42,740 bases of DNA from positions 1 through 42,740 of the forward strand of contig CADCNZ010000089.1 in NCBI GenBank assembly GCA_902802935.1, read 5' to 3'. The notes beneath the pieces are model-generated. The model saw only the letters and a list, made by a program, of their open reading frames with translations, ran no database searches and was not told where the DNA came from. This document shows, one piece after another, positions 27,432 to 37,732 of the stretch. Made by a program: the position numbers and the translations under genes. Each line of letters opens with the position of its first letter. The stretch's first letter is position 1. This DNA comes from an uncultured bacterium. Lineage in GTDB: Bacteria; Cyanobacteriota; Vampirovibrionia; Gastranaerophilales; Gastranaerophilaceae.

Positions 27432-28099
27432 TATTGCGCAACAGTTGCACTAAATTTTATAGCATCAGGAAATTCTTCATTTTTTACAATTATTGTATCT
27501 TTTTCGCCATTTGCATTGTATATATATTTTTCTGCATTCTGAGTTTTATATATTTTACCTACAGGAGAAGAATCTTCTGTCAGATAAACTGTATCATTAT
27601 GTAATTTTAATTCATTAGTTTTATGAAAACCACCTTTATATAATGTACGCGTAAGCCTTACTTTACTATCATCAAAAACATCCGTCAAACCTACGGTTCC
27701 TTTATATCCGCTGTCTTGAACATCACAGAATAAAGCACGAAAATCGCTTATTCCATTTGCTAAATACCACCTGCATCCTTTATTTCGAATACAAACAGTA
27801 CCGCCATCTAAATTAAAAAACTTCCTAATATCTTCAATTTTTTGTAAAAAAGTTTTTTTAGTAACTTCTACACTATCGTTTTCTTCCGTTTTATCATCTG
27901 CAATTGGGTCTTTTGGGGAATTCTGATATGTTTCATATAGCATTTCTTTGTCAGATTTCATATAACATGAAGAAAGCAACGGAGTACATAAAACCGTAGA
28001 GCAAATAACTGAAGCCATTAATAAATTCTTAGAAGTTTTTGGTAACATTGATTTAATTTGTGAAGTCACACCAAACGACGAAATAGGATTTATTCTCAT
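27428..28099 (-). CDS. Hypothetical protein with MRINPISSFG N-terminus and internal lipobox-like LLSSC
   Basis: Open frame; AGGTG RBS-like element upstream of ATG 28099. Confidence 0.65.
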   Translation of the reverse strand: MRINPISSFGVTSQIKSMLPKTSKNLLMASVICSTVLCTPLLSSCYMKSDKEMLYETYQNSPKDPIADDKTEENDSVEVTKKTFLQKIEDIRKFFNLDGGTVCIRNKGCRWYLANGISDFRALFCDVQDSGYKGTVGLTDVFDDSKVRLTRTLYKGGFHKTNELKLHNDTVYLTEDSSPVGKIYKTQNAEKYIYNANGEKDTIIVKNEEFPDAIKFSATVAQY

Positions 28100-28186
28100 A
28101 CACACACCTAAATTGGTCACATTGTAAACAAATTAAAACACGTAAATAAAAAAATTTGCATAAAAATTTTCTATTTTTTACATATT

Positions 28187-28219
28187 CGTCCCGTCCCGTC
28201 CCGTCCCGTCCCGTCCCGT
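28187..28219. repeat. Pentanucleotide simple sequence repeat (CGTCC)x6 + CGT
   Basis: Directly visible tandem repeat in AT-rich intergenic DNA. Confidence 0.95.
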
Positions 28220-28317
28220 AGGGCATTATGACTGAATTACAGACAATTGTAAAGATTTTTATTTTTGCTTAACATTTCGTTACTTATGGTAAAAAATTTT
28301 ACTTGCTTACTATTTTG

Positions 28318-29355
28318 TTATTTTACTCTTGAAAAGACTTCTACATCAATGTTATCAAAAGTATTTTCGAAGAAAAATGCCGCTGATGCTACCATTGAAG
28401 CGTTATCTGTACAATATTTCATTTGAGGAGCATAAACACTGTATCCAATATCTTTTAAACTAAATATCTTTTTTCTTATTTCAGAGTTTGCGGCAACACC
28501 ACCTGCCAAAACTACTTGCGTATAACCGGTCTCCTCAAGTGCGTGTTTTACCTTTTTATATAAGGTTGATGAAACACATTCTTGAAAGCTTGCACATATA
28601 TCCTCTAATGGCAGAGGTAAATCTTTATCCGTAAAGCTTTTCACCAGTCTTAATGATGCTGTTTTTAGACCGGAAAAACTAAAATCATACCCGCCGACTT
28701 TTGACTCAGGAAGCTTAAAAGCAAAAGGATTTCCTACTTGAGCCAACTTATCCAATTTCGGTCCGCCTGGATATGGCAAACCTATCAAACGTGCCACCTT
28801 GTCATAAGCTTCTCCAACCGCATCGTCGATTGTTTCTCCAATAATTTGCATATCAGAATATGAGTTAACTTTTATAATTTGTGTATGCCCGCCACTCACC
28901 AGCAATGCTACAAAAGGAGGTTTTAAATCTGTGTCAATAAAATTAGCTGCTAAATGTGCGTTCAAATGATTGACACCTATGAATGGCTTATCATAAGCTA
29001 ATGCCAATGATTTTGCAGCATTCATACCTACCAAAAGACAACCCACCAATCCTGGGCCTACTGTTCCTGCAAATGCTGATATATTATCCCCATTTACCCC
29101 TGCTTGCTTAAAAGCTTCATCTATAACAACATTTATTGCTTCTAAATGCTCTCTTGCAGCTATCTCAGGAATCACTCCGCCATATTCTTCATGAATTTTT
29201 ATTTGAGAAGCAACGACATTTGACAGAACCTCTCTTCCGCCCTTAACTACAGCACAAGCAGTCTCATCACAGCTTGATTCTATCGCCATTATAAGAGCAT
29301 TATTGTCAATTGTAACAGGTTTGTTACTGAATAATGTATTTTTAACCTTGTTCAT
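28318..29355 (-). CDS. tsaD: tRNA N6-adenosine threonylcarbamoyltransferase
   Basis: AIESSCDET, GGVIPE.AAREH, GPGL, VNHL.AH, SGGHT, DDAVGEAYDK, FSFSGLKT, CTDNASM. Confidence 0.95.
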   Translation of the reverse strand: MNKVKNTLFSNKPVTIDNNALIMAIESSCDETACAVVKGGREVLSNVVASQIKIHEEYGGVIPEIAAREHLEAINVVIDEAFKQAGVNGDNISAFAGTVGPGLVGCLLVGMNAAKSLALAYDKPFIGVNHLNAHLAANFIDTDLKPPFVALLVSGGHTQIIKVNSYSDMQIIGETIDDAVGEAYDKVARLIGLPYPGGPKLDKLAQVGNPFAFKLPESKVGGYDFSFSGLKTASLRLVKSFTDKDLPLPLEDICASFQECVSSTLYKKVKHALEETGYTQVVLAGGVAANSEIRKKIFSLKDIGYSVYAPQMKYCTDNASMVASAAFFFENTFDNIDVEVFSRVK

Positions 29356-29423
29356 AATAATATTGTAGTATAAAAATAAGTATATTGAGTAATGGTTAAA
29401 ACAAGGGTTAAATGTAATAAATA

Positions 29424-30716
29424 ATGGTAAAGTTCTTAGACAAAGCTAGAATAAGGGTTGTTTCGGGTCATGGCGGCAACGGCATGGTGGCTTGGCGCAG
29501 AGAAAAATACGTCGACAAAGGCGGTCCTGCTGGCGGCGATGGCGGCAGAGGCGGAGATATATATTTTATTGCCGATGAAAATATGTCTACATTACTGGAC
29601 TTTAAAATTAAATCTGTTTATAAAGCTGAACGCGGTGAAAATGGCGGTATTAAAGGAATGCACGGAGCTTGTGCAAAAGACCTTTATATAAAGGTGCCTC
29701 TTGGTACGATGGTTAGAGATACTAAAACAGGCAAAATAATTGCTGATTTTACAGAAAATGAACAAACAATTCTCATTGCCAAAGGGGGCAGAGGTGGACG
29801 CGGAAACGCAAGATTTGCAACAGCTCAAAAGCGTGCCCCTCAATTTTGTGAACCCGGAGAACCCGGTATTGAAAGAATTTTAGAGTTGGAATTAAAACTT
29901 ATTGCAGATGTAGGTTTGTTAGGAATGCCAAATGCAGGAAAATCTACTTATATTAGTGCCGTAAGCTCTGCAAAACCAAAAATTGCAGATTATCCCTTTA
30001 CAACACTTGTCCCAAATTTAGGAGTTGTTCAAAAATCTGACGGAGGTTCCTACGTAATTGCGGATATTCCAGGATTAATTGAAGGCGCATCTGAAGGGGT
30101 AGGACTGGGACACGAATTTCTCAGACACGTTGAAAGATGCCGTTTTTTGGTTCATATAGTAGATTTAACTGCAGATAATCCTTTAAACAATTATGAAATA
30201 ATTAACAATGAATTAAAAAAACACTCCGAACATCTTGGTAATCTGTACCAAATTTTGGTATTAAATAAAATAGATGCAGTTATGAAGGAAGATTTAGATA
30301 GATTTATAGAAAATTTTAAACAATACTCTGCTGATATTTTCCCAATTTCTGCTGTAACAAAACAAGGAATAAAAGAGCTTCTTCATTTTATCGATACAAA
30401 AGTTGATGAAATTCCCAAACCTGTTTTTGATATAGAAATTGAAAATGATGAGGGTGCATATAACAATGATGATAGCGCATTTGAGGTTTCTAAAATTGCA
30501 AAAGATGCGTTTATAATAAACGGCGGAAAAATTAATCGTCTTGCAGGAGTAACTGATTCCAGAAACACTGAACAAGTTATAAGACTTCAAAATATTCTAA
30601 AAGGGATGGGAGTATTTGACGAACTAAAAAAATACGGTCTTAAAAATGGTGATACCGTTATTTTAGGGCATTTAGAACTTGCATACTATGATGATGAATT
30701 TTGGGGAGAAGAATAA
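29424..30716 (+). CDS. obgE: Obg family GTPase
   Basis: Gly-rich Obg fold, GMPNAGKST, DYPFTT, DIPG, NKID, C-terminal OCT-like domain. Confidence 0.96.
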   Translation: MVKFLDKARIRVVSGHGGNGMVAWRREKYVDKGGPAGGDGGRGGDIYFIADENMSTLLDFKIKSVYKAERGENGGIKGMHGACAKDLYIKVPLGTMVRDTKTGKIIADFTENEQTILIAKGGRGGRGNARFATAQKRAPQFCEPGEPGIERILELELKLIADVGLLGMPNAGKSTYISAVSSAKPKIADYPFTTLVPNLGVVQKSDGGSYVIADIPGLIEGASEGVGLGHEFLRHVERCRFLVHIVDLTADNPLNNYEIINNELKKHSEHLGNLYQILVLNKIDAVMKEDLDRFIENFKQYSADIFPISAVTKQGIKELLHFIDTKVDEIPKPVFDIEIENDEGAYNNDDSAFEVSKIAKDAFIINGGKINRLAGVTDSRNTEQVIRLQNILKGMGVFDELKKYGLKNGDTVILGHLELAYYDDEFWGEE

Positions 30717-30737
30717 TTAAAAAGGACAGTATCATAT

Positions 30738-31181
30738 ATGAAGAGAGCCATATCTGAAGCAAAAAAAACTGATAACGATATCCCAATAGGATGCATCATA
30801 GAGCTCGAAGGGAAAGTCATATCATCAGCCCATAACTTACGGGAAAAAAATAAAGATATTACTGCTCACGCTGAAATTATTGCCATTAAAGAAGCTCAGG
30901 AAAAATTAGGAACATCAAGGCTCAATGCTTGTAAAATGTATGTAACCCTTGAGCCCTGCCCTATGTGTGCTTGGGCAATCATACAATCCGGAATCAAAAC
31001 TTTATATTTTGGTTCATACAATTTACAATATGGCGCGATTCAATCCGTTTTAAACTTACCAAAAATTGCAAATTCTAAGATTAAAGTATATGGTGGTATC
31101 ATGGAAGAAGATTGTAATTTGCTACTGGAAGATTTTTTTAAAAAGTTAAGAGAAAAAAATGATAACAAAACAAGAACTTGA
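30738..31181 (+). CDS. tadA: tRNA adenosine deaminase-like nucleoside deaminase
   Basis: TAHAEI and TLEPCPMC zinc motifs. Confidence 0.82.
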   Translation: MKRAISEAKKTDNDIPIGCIIELEGKVISSAHNLREKNKDITAHAEIIAIKEAQEKLGTSRLNACKMYVTLEPCPMCAWAIIQSGIKTLYFGSYNLQYGAIQSVLNLPKIANSKIKVYGGIMEEDCNLLLEDFFKKLREKNDNKTRT

Positions 31182-31935
31182 TAATTTAGCAAAAAAATAT
31201 GAAAATAAAAATTTTATAAAAAATGATCCTGTTCAATTCGTGCATACAGGTAGATGTAAGGAAGATGAAGAACTTTATGGCTTTATTTCTTCCCTGTTTG
31301 CATACGGAAACAGAAAACTATTTATTGCAAAACTAAAAGACATATTCGAAAGAACCGATTATGATATAACAAATTACATTAAAAATGGTGATTTTAAAAA
31401 TTTAAAAGGTGTTGAATACAGATTTTCAAAAGATTTTGATATTATACCTATTTTTGAAATTCTTCATTTGCTATATCAAGAATCGAAAGGTTTAGAAGAG
31501 CTTTTTGCATACTCATATTCTCCGAGAGGGGATAAATATGACCATTTTTTCCAAAAAGTAGTAGATTATTTTTATGCACGCGCGCCTAAAAACGCCGGTC
31601 AAGGATTCTATCACATGATTCCTAACCCCCAAAACGGCGGAGCTATGAAAAGAATGAATATGTTTTTAAGATGGATGGTTAGAAAATCCTCAGTAGATAT
31701 AGGTATTTGGAATTTTATGAAACCAAAAGATTTATATATTCCGTTGGATGTGCATGTAGCAAGAATTTCACGTCAAATGGGTTTATTAAACAGAAAGTCA
31801 AACGACTACAAAGCAGTAGTAGAGCTAACTTCGAGATTAAAAGAGTTTTGCCCTGACGATCCTGTAAAATATGATTTTGCAATGTTTGCTTTTGGTGTAG
31901 AATTAAATAAGAATAGGAGCGTTGTTAATGAATAA
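31159..31935 (+). CDS. TIGR02757/DUF2400 family protein (HhH-GPD-like)
   Basis: DPVQF, AYG.R, KR.NMFLRWMVR, IPLDVHV, DPVKYDFA.F. Confidence 0.88.
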   Translation: MITKQELDNLAKKYENKNFIKNDPVQFVHTGRCKEDEELYGFISSLFAYGNRKLFIAKLKDIFERTDYDITNYIKNGDFKNLKGVEYRFSKDFDIIPIFEILHLLYQESKGLEELFAYSYSPRGDKYDHFFQKVVDYFYARAPKNAGQGFYHMIPNPQNGGAMKRMNMFLRWMVRKSSVDIGIWNFMKPKDLYIPLDVHVARISRQMGLLNRKSNDYKAVVELTSRLKEFCPDDPVKYDFAMFAFGVELNKNRSVVNE

Positions 31936-32632
31936 AGATATTGATTTTAATTCAAAAAGATTCTTGATTATACTTTTAATCATTTGCGTTGTGTTTTTTA
32001 TTTTGATAATAAAAGCATTTGAATATCTGCCAAATTCTGAGAATAATATTAGGTCGGCAAATATCGAAGAAATAAATAGGCCGTCTGTAACTGATGAAGA
32101 AAAAAATGAAGAAAAAAATGAATCAAAAGTTGAAGAAGATAAAACCGCAGAAGAACAGCCTTCAAAAAAAACCTTAAACATAAAGCTGCCACAACCAAAT
32201 GATGATATAGAAATTATAGAGCCTCCTGTTGGAGTTAATCCTGATTTAACAGCACCTGTATCATCAGCTGAAACTGAAACAAAGAATGCTGAACTTACAA
32301 CAGAACAAAAAATTGCAGAAACATTTTATCTTGCAAACAAATATAAGACCAACGGTCAATACGAAAAAGCCCTTGGCGAATATCGTAAAATTGCCGTTTT
32401 AACCGACGACAAGAACAATATCGCCGCAAGTTATGAAGGAATTGCTTCGATATATGGAGTTCAACACAAGTATGGAACAGCGTTATCATACGCTACAAGA
32501 GCTTATAATATGAGCCCGTCTTCTTCAAGAGAATTACTTATTGCAAGATTATATTATAAAACAGGCGATATAGATAAAGCTACAAAACGTATAAATAATA
32601 TATTACATAGAGATTTTACAGAAGATAAATAG
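31928..32632 (+). CDS. Membrane-anchored TPR protein
   Basis: N-terminal TM helix, acidic linker, TPR-like helices. Confidence 0.78.
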   Translation: MNKDIDFNSKRFLIILLIICVVFFILIIKAFEYLPNSENNIRSANIEEINRPSVTDEEKNEEKNESKVEEDKTAEEQPSKKTLNIKLPQPNDDIEIIEPPVGVNPDLTAPVSSAETETKNAELTTEQKIAETFYLANKYKTNGQYEKALGEYRKIAVLTDDKNNIAASYEGIASIYGVQHKYGTALSYATRAYNMSPSSSRELLIARLYYKTGDIDKATKRINNILHRDFTEDK

Positions 32633-32639
32633 GTATAAA

Positions 32640-33509
32640 ATGCAAGAAATTTTAGATAGTGCACGAATTAGAAAACTTTTGTTTTTAGGACCAAACGGTT
32701 CTTATAGCGATTTCGCAAAAGAAAAATTTATAAAAGCATTTGATTTTCACTGTGTTTCTACAAATTTGAAGTCAATATCATCAATTATAAGAGCACTAAA
32801 AGACGAAAATTCAGAAGATATTGTGGCGGTTATCCCTATTGAAAATTCTATTGAAGGTATTGTTAGGGAAACTTTGGACAACCTTTCTTCTTTAAAAAAA
32901 GAAGGAATAAAAATTATTGCGGAAACAACAATGGACGTAAAACACGCATTGGTAGGATTTGCTGACAAAAAAAATCTTATAAAAGTTATTCGTTCTCATC
33001 CCCAAGCATTAGCGCAATGCAAGCACTACATACAAGCGAACTTTTCAGATTCATTGATAGAAGAAGCTACCCTGTCTACATCTGCAGCTATAAAGTCACT
33101 TTCTGCAGAAAACAAAACAATAGCTGCTATTGGGAGTATTGAATGTGCAAAAAAATACAACATACCCGTTATTGAAACCAATATAAATGACGAAGAAAAT
33201 AACAAAACTAGGTTTATTCTGCTTGGCAAATTTTTAGCACCGCAAACCGGAAATGACAAAACAAGTATAACTTTTTCGACAGAGAACAAAGCCGGTGCAT
33301 TATCCAAAATTTTAACAGTTTTTGACAAGAATAATATTAACATGTCATATATTGATTCACGTCCTTCAAAAAAAGAGCTTGGAGAATATGTTTTTTACAT
33401 AGATTTTGAAAATCATATTTCTGAGCAAAAGGTTCAACAAGCATTTGAGGAAATAAAGCCTTTTGTTAAAATGTTTTATGTAATTGGCTCATACCACTCT
33501 GTAGGTTAG
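32640..33509 (+). CDS. pheA: Prephenate dehydratase
   Basis: LGP.GSYS, PIENSIEG, SHPQALAQC, N.TRF, ACT domain DSRP. Confidence 0.94.
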   Translation: MQEILDSARIRKLLFLGPNGSYSDFAKEKFIKAFDFHCVSTNLKSISSIIRALKDENSEDIVAVIPIENSIEGIVRETLDNLSSLKKEGIKIIAETTMDVKHALVGFADKKNLIKVIRSHPQALAQCKHYIQANFSDSLIEEATLSTSAAIKSLSAENKTIAAIGSIECAKKYNIPVIETNINDEENNKTRFILLGKFLAPQTGNDKTSITFSTENKAGALSKILTVFDKNNINMSYIDSRPSKKELGEYVFYIDFENHISEQKVQQAFEEIKPFVKMFYVIGSYHSVG

Positions 33510-33513
33510 ACGT

Positions 33514-34752
33514 ATGAATAAAAATAGCATTGGTATAAAAATAACATTAATATGCATTGGAATATTTTTTTATTTCTTTGCTAATTTCCAAAGAATTGCA
33601 ATTCCTGGTGCTATATTTGATTTTTTACAACAAGAACTTGCAGTGAGCGCTCCGTATATAACAACATTTGGTGCTATATTTATGTATATTTATGCCTTTA
33701 ATCAGCTTGTTATAGGAATACTGGTAGATAGATACGGCGGATTAAGGGTAATGCTAACGGGAGGAATTGTACTTGGTTTGGGAGCACTATTGTTTCCTGT
33801 ATCTTCCAATTTATATTTGATGTATCTTTCAAGAGCTCTTGTAGGCTTTGGAAGCAGCACTTTTTATCTTAGCTTGATAAAAGAGCTTCGTTCCTTGGTT
33901 CCCGAAAAAGATTTTGGACTTGCAATATCTGCAATGCTTTGCTTAGGATATGCAGGAGGTATTGCTGCTAATGCACCTTTCGTCTTCTGCATGAAATATA
34001 TGAGCTGGCGTGAAATTTTAATAATTCTATCGTCAGCTGTTTTATTTGCTGCATTTATTTTTTGGTTACTAACTTTTAAAACAACTTTGCCCAAAATCAA
34101 TAAAAACGTAAAAATGCGTTTGTTACCATTCCGTTTGGTTCTTCATAAAAAGCATAACAGAAATTTATTCAGTTTTGCTTGCTGCAATTTTGGGATATCC
34201 TATGCTATTCAAGCAATTATCGGTAAGAAATTTTTAGAAGACTTCTGCTTAATGTCTGTTTCAGAATCTGCAATGATTCTTTCCGGCATGGCAATTGTCG
34301 CTGCTATATTTCATATTATTAACGCTGCTATTTGCAAAATTGCGCACAATCACAGAGTAATCTTTCTTAAGAACGCTTCTATTATAACAATGGTATCATT
34401 ACTCATGATATGTATATGTTTAGTTTTTGATATTAAAACATATTTTATTGCACTTCTATTTATTATACTAGCTGCTAACGCTAGTTTAACGTCCCTTTTA
34501 GTGCCGGTTTTACACATGACTAATCGTAAATTAGTTTCAGGAACAGCCGTCAGTATAATGAATTTCTGCTTCTTTACTATGGTTGGTATACTTGGCTCTG
34601 TTATGGGGTTCTTGTTAAATATTTTTCAACCACAAATTATAGGCGACATAATAGTATACTCAAGATTTTCATACCTTGCTGTTTTCGGATTTTTCTTTAT
34701 CTTAAGTCTTTTTGAAGTATACAAAGCAATGAAGCTTTCTAATAAATATTAA
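33514..34752 (+). CDS. MFS transporter
   Basis: About 12 TM segments, motif A GILVDRYGGLR. Confidence 0.9.
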   Translation: MNKNSIGIKITLICIGIFFYFFANFQRIAIPGAIFDFLQQELAVSAPYITTFGAIFMYIYAFNQLVIGILVDRYGGLRVMLTGGIVLGLGALLFPVSSNLYLMYLSRALVGFGSSTFYLSLIKELRSLVPEKDFGLAISAMLCLGYAGGIAANAPFVFCMKYMSWREILIILSSAVLFAAFIFWLLTFKTTLPKINKNVKMRLLPFRLVLHKKHNRNLFSFACCNFGISYAIQAIIGKKFLEDFCLMSVSESAMILSGMAIVAAIFHIINAAICKIAHNHRVIFLKNASIITMVSLLMICICLVFDIKTYFIALLFIILAANASLTSLLVPVLHMTNRKLVSGTAVSIMNFCFFTMVGILGSVMGFLLNIFQPQIIGDIIVYSRFSYLAVFGFFFILSLFEVYKAMKLSNKY

Positions 34753-34755
34753 AAT

Positions 34756-36033
34756 TTATTCTACAAAAATTGTTTGTTCTCTATCAGGTCCAACGCTTAT
34801 TATACCAATAGGAGCACCTATTAAATCCTCGACTTTTGAAATATATTTTTTTGCATTTTCAGGCAAATCTTCGTATTTACGTATATCACTTAACGAAGTT
34901 TTCCAACCGGGCATTGTTTCATATATGGGTTCTAAATACTTATGAATAAAAACATCTGTAGGATATGATGTATAAACCTTGTCATTCCTGCAATCTTTAT
35001 ATGCCGTACATATTTTTATTTCATCAAAGCTATCAAATACATCAATTTTTGTAAGTGCAACTTTTGTAATTCCTCCAACCAAAACAGCATACTTCATAAT
35101 TACAGAATCAAACCATCCGCACCTTCTGGGACGTCCGGTTGTCACACCAAATTCATGACCTATTTCTTGAATTTTTTTGCCTGTTTCATCCGTAAGTTCA
35201 CTAACAAAAGGACCTTCTCCTACACGTGTTACATAAGCTTTTGTAACACCCACAACTTCTTCAATCATTGTAGGACCATAACCGCTTCCTGTTGAAGCAC
35301 CTCCACCTATCGGATTAGAGCTTGTTACAAATGGGTATGTCCCGTAATCGATATCCAGCATTACTCCTTGAGCACCTTCGAAAAGAATTGTTTTGTCCTT
35401 ATATCTGTTAAGCATATCTTGCCAATCAAAAGCCACGTACGGCTTAAATAATTCCGCATATTTTTCGCATAATGAAATAATACAGTCTTTTGTATATGGT
35501 TCTAAACCATATACTTCTTTTAACTGCTTATTTTTCAATGGTAATATCATATCCAGCTTTTCATTTAATGCTTCATACGAATACAAATCTTGTATTTTTA
35601 GACCAATTCTACCCATTTTATCAGTATATGTTGGCCCGATACCTTTTTTTGTCGTACCAATTTTTCCTTTTCCTGCGTGCGATTCACTATAACCGTCAAC
35701 TTCTATATGGTATGGCATTGTTATTGATGCAAGCGGTGATATTTTTAAATTTTTAAAATCAACACCTTCCGCTTTTAACTCATTAAATTCTTTTTCGAAA
35801 GATTCAGGATGTATTACTGTACCGGCACCAATAAAGCAAACTGTATTGTCATATAATATTCCTGAAGGAATCAGATGAAATTTATATGTAGTTCCGCCGG
35901 TAACAACCGTGTGTCCGGCATTACATCCTCCTTGATATCTAATGATTAAATCAGCTTTTCTAGCCAGCAAATCTGTTATCTTCGCCTTTCCTTCATCACC
36001 CCATTGTGCACCGATAACAACCGTATTTTTCAT
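34756..36033 (-). CDS. purA: Adenylosuccinate synthetase
   Basis: GAQWGDEGK, NAGHT, IGTTKKGIGP, EGAQG, GTYPFVTSS, TTGRPRRCGW. Confidence 0.97.
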   Translation of the reverse strand: MKNTVVIGAQWGDEGKAKITDLLARKADLIIRYQGGCNAGHTVVTGGTTYKFHLIPSGILYDNTVCFIGAGTVIHPESFEKEFNELKAEGVDFKNLKISPLASITMPYHIEVDGYSESHAGKGKIGTTKKGIGPTYTDKMGRIGLKIQDLYSYEALNEKLDMILPLKNKQLKEVYGLEPYTKDCIISLCEKYAELFKPYVAFDWQDMLNRYKDKTILFEGAQGVMLDIDYGTYPFVTSSNPIGGGASTGSGYGPTMIEEVVGVTKAYVTRVGEGPFVSELTDETGKKIQEIGHEFGVTTGRPRRCGWFDSVIMKYAVLVGGITKVALTKIDVFDSFDEIKICTAYKDCRNDKVYTSYPTDVFIHKYLEPIYETMPGWKTSLSDIRKYEDLPENAKKYISKVEDLIGAPIGIISVGPDREQTIFVE

Positions 36034-36060
36034 TTTAATTATCCTCCAACAAAATTTAAA

Positions 36061-36081
36061 AGAGCCGGATAAACCGGCTCT
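36061..36081. terminator. GC-rich hairpin upstream of purA (terminator or stabilising stem)
   Basis: agagccgg-ataaa-ccggctct. Confidence 0.55.
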
Positions 36082-36095
36082 GAATCATAAAATTT

Positions 36096-36287
36096 CTACT
36101 GCCCTTGTCTTGCTGCTTTTTGCTTTGCCTGTACATCAAGCATTGAATTATGAGCCATCATGTATACTGAACAAATTTTATAATTTTTTAAATACCAAGC
36201 ACAATTTTCTTGCATACATACAATTTCAACTTGAGAACCTACGCTCATTAATGGACATAATGGTATTGCTTTTTCATCTGATGCCAT
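36096..36287 (-). CDS. Small four-cysteine protein (putative metal-binding)
   Basis: AAAGGAG RBS; CPLM...C....CAWY......C pattern. Confidence 0.75.
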   Translation of the reverse strand: MASDEKAIPLCPLMSVGSQVEIVCMQENCAWYLKNYKICSVYMMAHNSMLDVQAKQKAARQGQ

Positions 36288-36310
36288 ATTTTATTCTCCT
36301 TTAAATTATT

Positions 36311-37147
36311 TTATTTCGCCATTTGAAGCAAATTACAGTTTTCACTGCGTTTGCGTTCCTCTTCTTTATATATCTTTGTTCTATTAATAACTTCGTCAAA
36401 ATCAATCTCATGAGCATTGAAATCAGGTCCGTCTACACATGCAAATTTTACATTTCCGCCAACTGTAACTCTGCAAGCACCGCACATGCCTGTTCCATCT
36501 ACCATTATAGGATTCATACTTGCTTCTGTATAAATTCCTTTATCTCTTGTCATGTCAGCAACAGCCCTCATCATGGGCATTGGTCCTACTGCTATACAAT
36601 AATCGACTTGTTCTTCTGAAATTATTTTTTCTAATACTTGCGTTACAAATCCTTTTTCACCCATTGAACCGTCATCAGTTGTAATGTATAACTGTGAACA
36701 TGCATCACTCATTTTATCTTGCCAAAAAATCAAGTCTTTATTTCTTGCACCCATTATCATATATACTTTATTTCCGGCTTCCTTAAAAGCTTTTGAGATT
36801 AAGTAACACGGAGCTGCGCCATATCCTCCTGCCAAACAAACAACCGTTCCGTATTTTTTAATATGTGTGGGCTGACCTAACGGACCTACAATATCAACCA
36901 GTTCGTCACCGGCATTTAATTGAGCGAGTTTTTTAGTTGAATAACCAACCGCCATAAAAACAAGTGTTAAAGCACCTGTTGTTTTATCTGCGTCAGCAAT
37001 AGTTAACGGAACACGTTCACCATTTTCTTCAACCCTAAAAATTATAAATTGTCCTGCTTTCGCATTTCTTACAACATGCGGAGCATACACAGTAATTTCA
37101 TACTGGTTCGGACAAAGTTCTTTTTTGGATAAAATTTTGTAGCCCAT
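36311..37147 (-). CDS. NfnA/PyrK-like FAD/NAD-binding [2Fe-2S] electron-transfer subunit
   Basis: GQFII, ERVPLTIAD, GPLG.P, MVDGTGMCGACRV, CVDGPDF (Asp-Cys3 ligand set typical of NfnA). Confidence 0.9.
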   Translation of the reverse strand: MGYKILSKKELCPNQYEITVYAPHVVRNAKAGQFIIFRVEENGERVPLTIADADKTTGALTLVFMAVGYSTKKLAQLNAGDELVDIVGPLGQPTHIKKYGTVVCLAGGYGAAPCYLISKAFKEAGNKVYMIMGARNKDLIFWQDKMSDACSQLYITTDDGSMGEKGFVTQVLEKIISEEQVDYCIAVGPMPMMRAVADMTRDKGIYTEASMNPIMVDGTGMCGACRVTVGGNVKFACVDGPDFNAHEIDFDEVINRTKIYKEEERKRSENCNLLQMAK

Positions 37148-37331
37148 TTATAGTACTCACTCTTGATACAAATACAATTTTACAATAAATCATAGCAATT
37201 GTAAATCATCGTTCCAAAATAAACATTGTTAATACCAAAATATTCCCCAACTTGCTGATAGTAATCACATAGTGTTTACTATTTAATAATATTATTAAAT
37301 CTTTTTCATACTTCCAGCTATTCTTAATTCC

Positions 37332-37355
37332 AAGAGCCTTTGGGCTCTTTTTTTT
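37332..37355 (+). terminator. Terminator-like hairpin upstream of the SMR gene
   Basis: aagagcc-tttg-ggctctt plus long T-run. Confidence 0.7.
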
Positions 37356-37412
37356 ATTTAATAAAGAACATAAATTTGTTAGCAAGTCATATTTATGTTA
37401 GTATAAACCTGT

Positions 37413-37730
37413 ATGAGTTGGTTTTATCTATTTATAGCTGCAGTATTTGAAGTCGGCTGGCCTTTTGGGTTAAAGACTGCAATCCAAAGTCAACACAAAG
37501 TTCTATGGATAGTTTTTGCGATTATTGCAATGGCATTAAGCGGAATATTTTTATATTTTGCACAAAAACAAATTCCCATTGGCACAGCTTATGCTATTTG
37601 GACCGGAATTGGCGCATCCTGCACATTTTTGATTGGTGTATATGTTTTTAATGATGCCCTTACATTAATGAGAATGCTTGGAGTATTTTTAATTATTACG
37701 GGTGTAATTATATTAAAACTAGAGGGTTAA
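37413..37730 (+). CDS. SMR family transporter (SugE/Gdx-like)
   Basis: W..L..A..FEV.W..GLK, IPIGTAYAIWTGIG. Confidence 0.9.
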   Translation: MSWFYLFIAAVFEVGWPFGLKTAIQSQHKVLWIVFAIIAMALSGIFLYFAQKQIPIGTAYAIWTGIGASCTFLIGVYVFNDALTLMRMLGVFLIITGVIILKLEG

Positions 37731-37732
37731 AT

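Noticed and set aside
28187..28219. CRISPR array
   Set aside because: Simple 5-bp tandem repeat without spacers; no cas genes in the window
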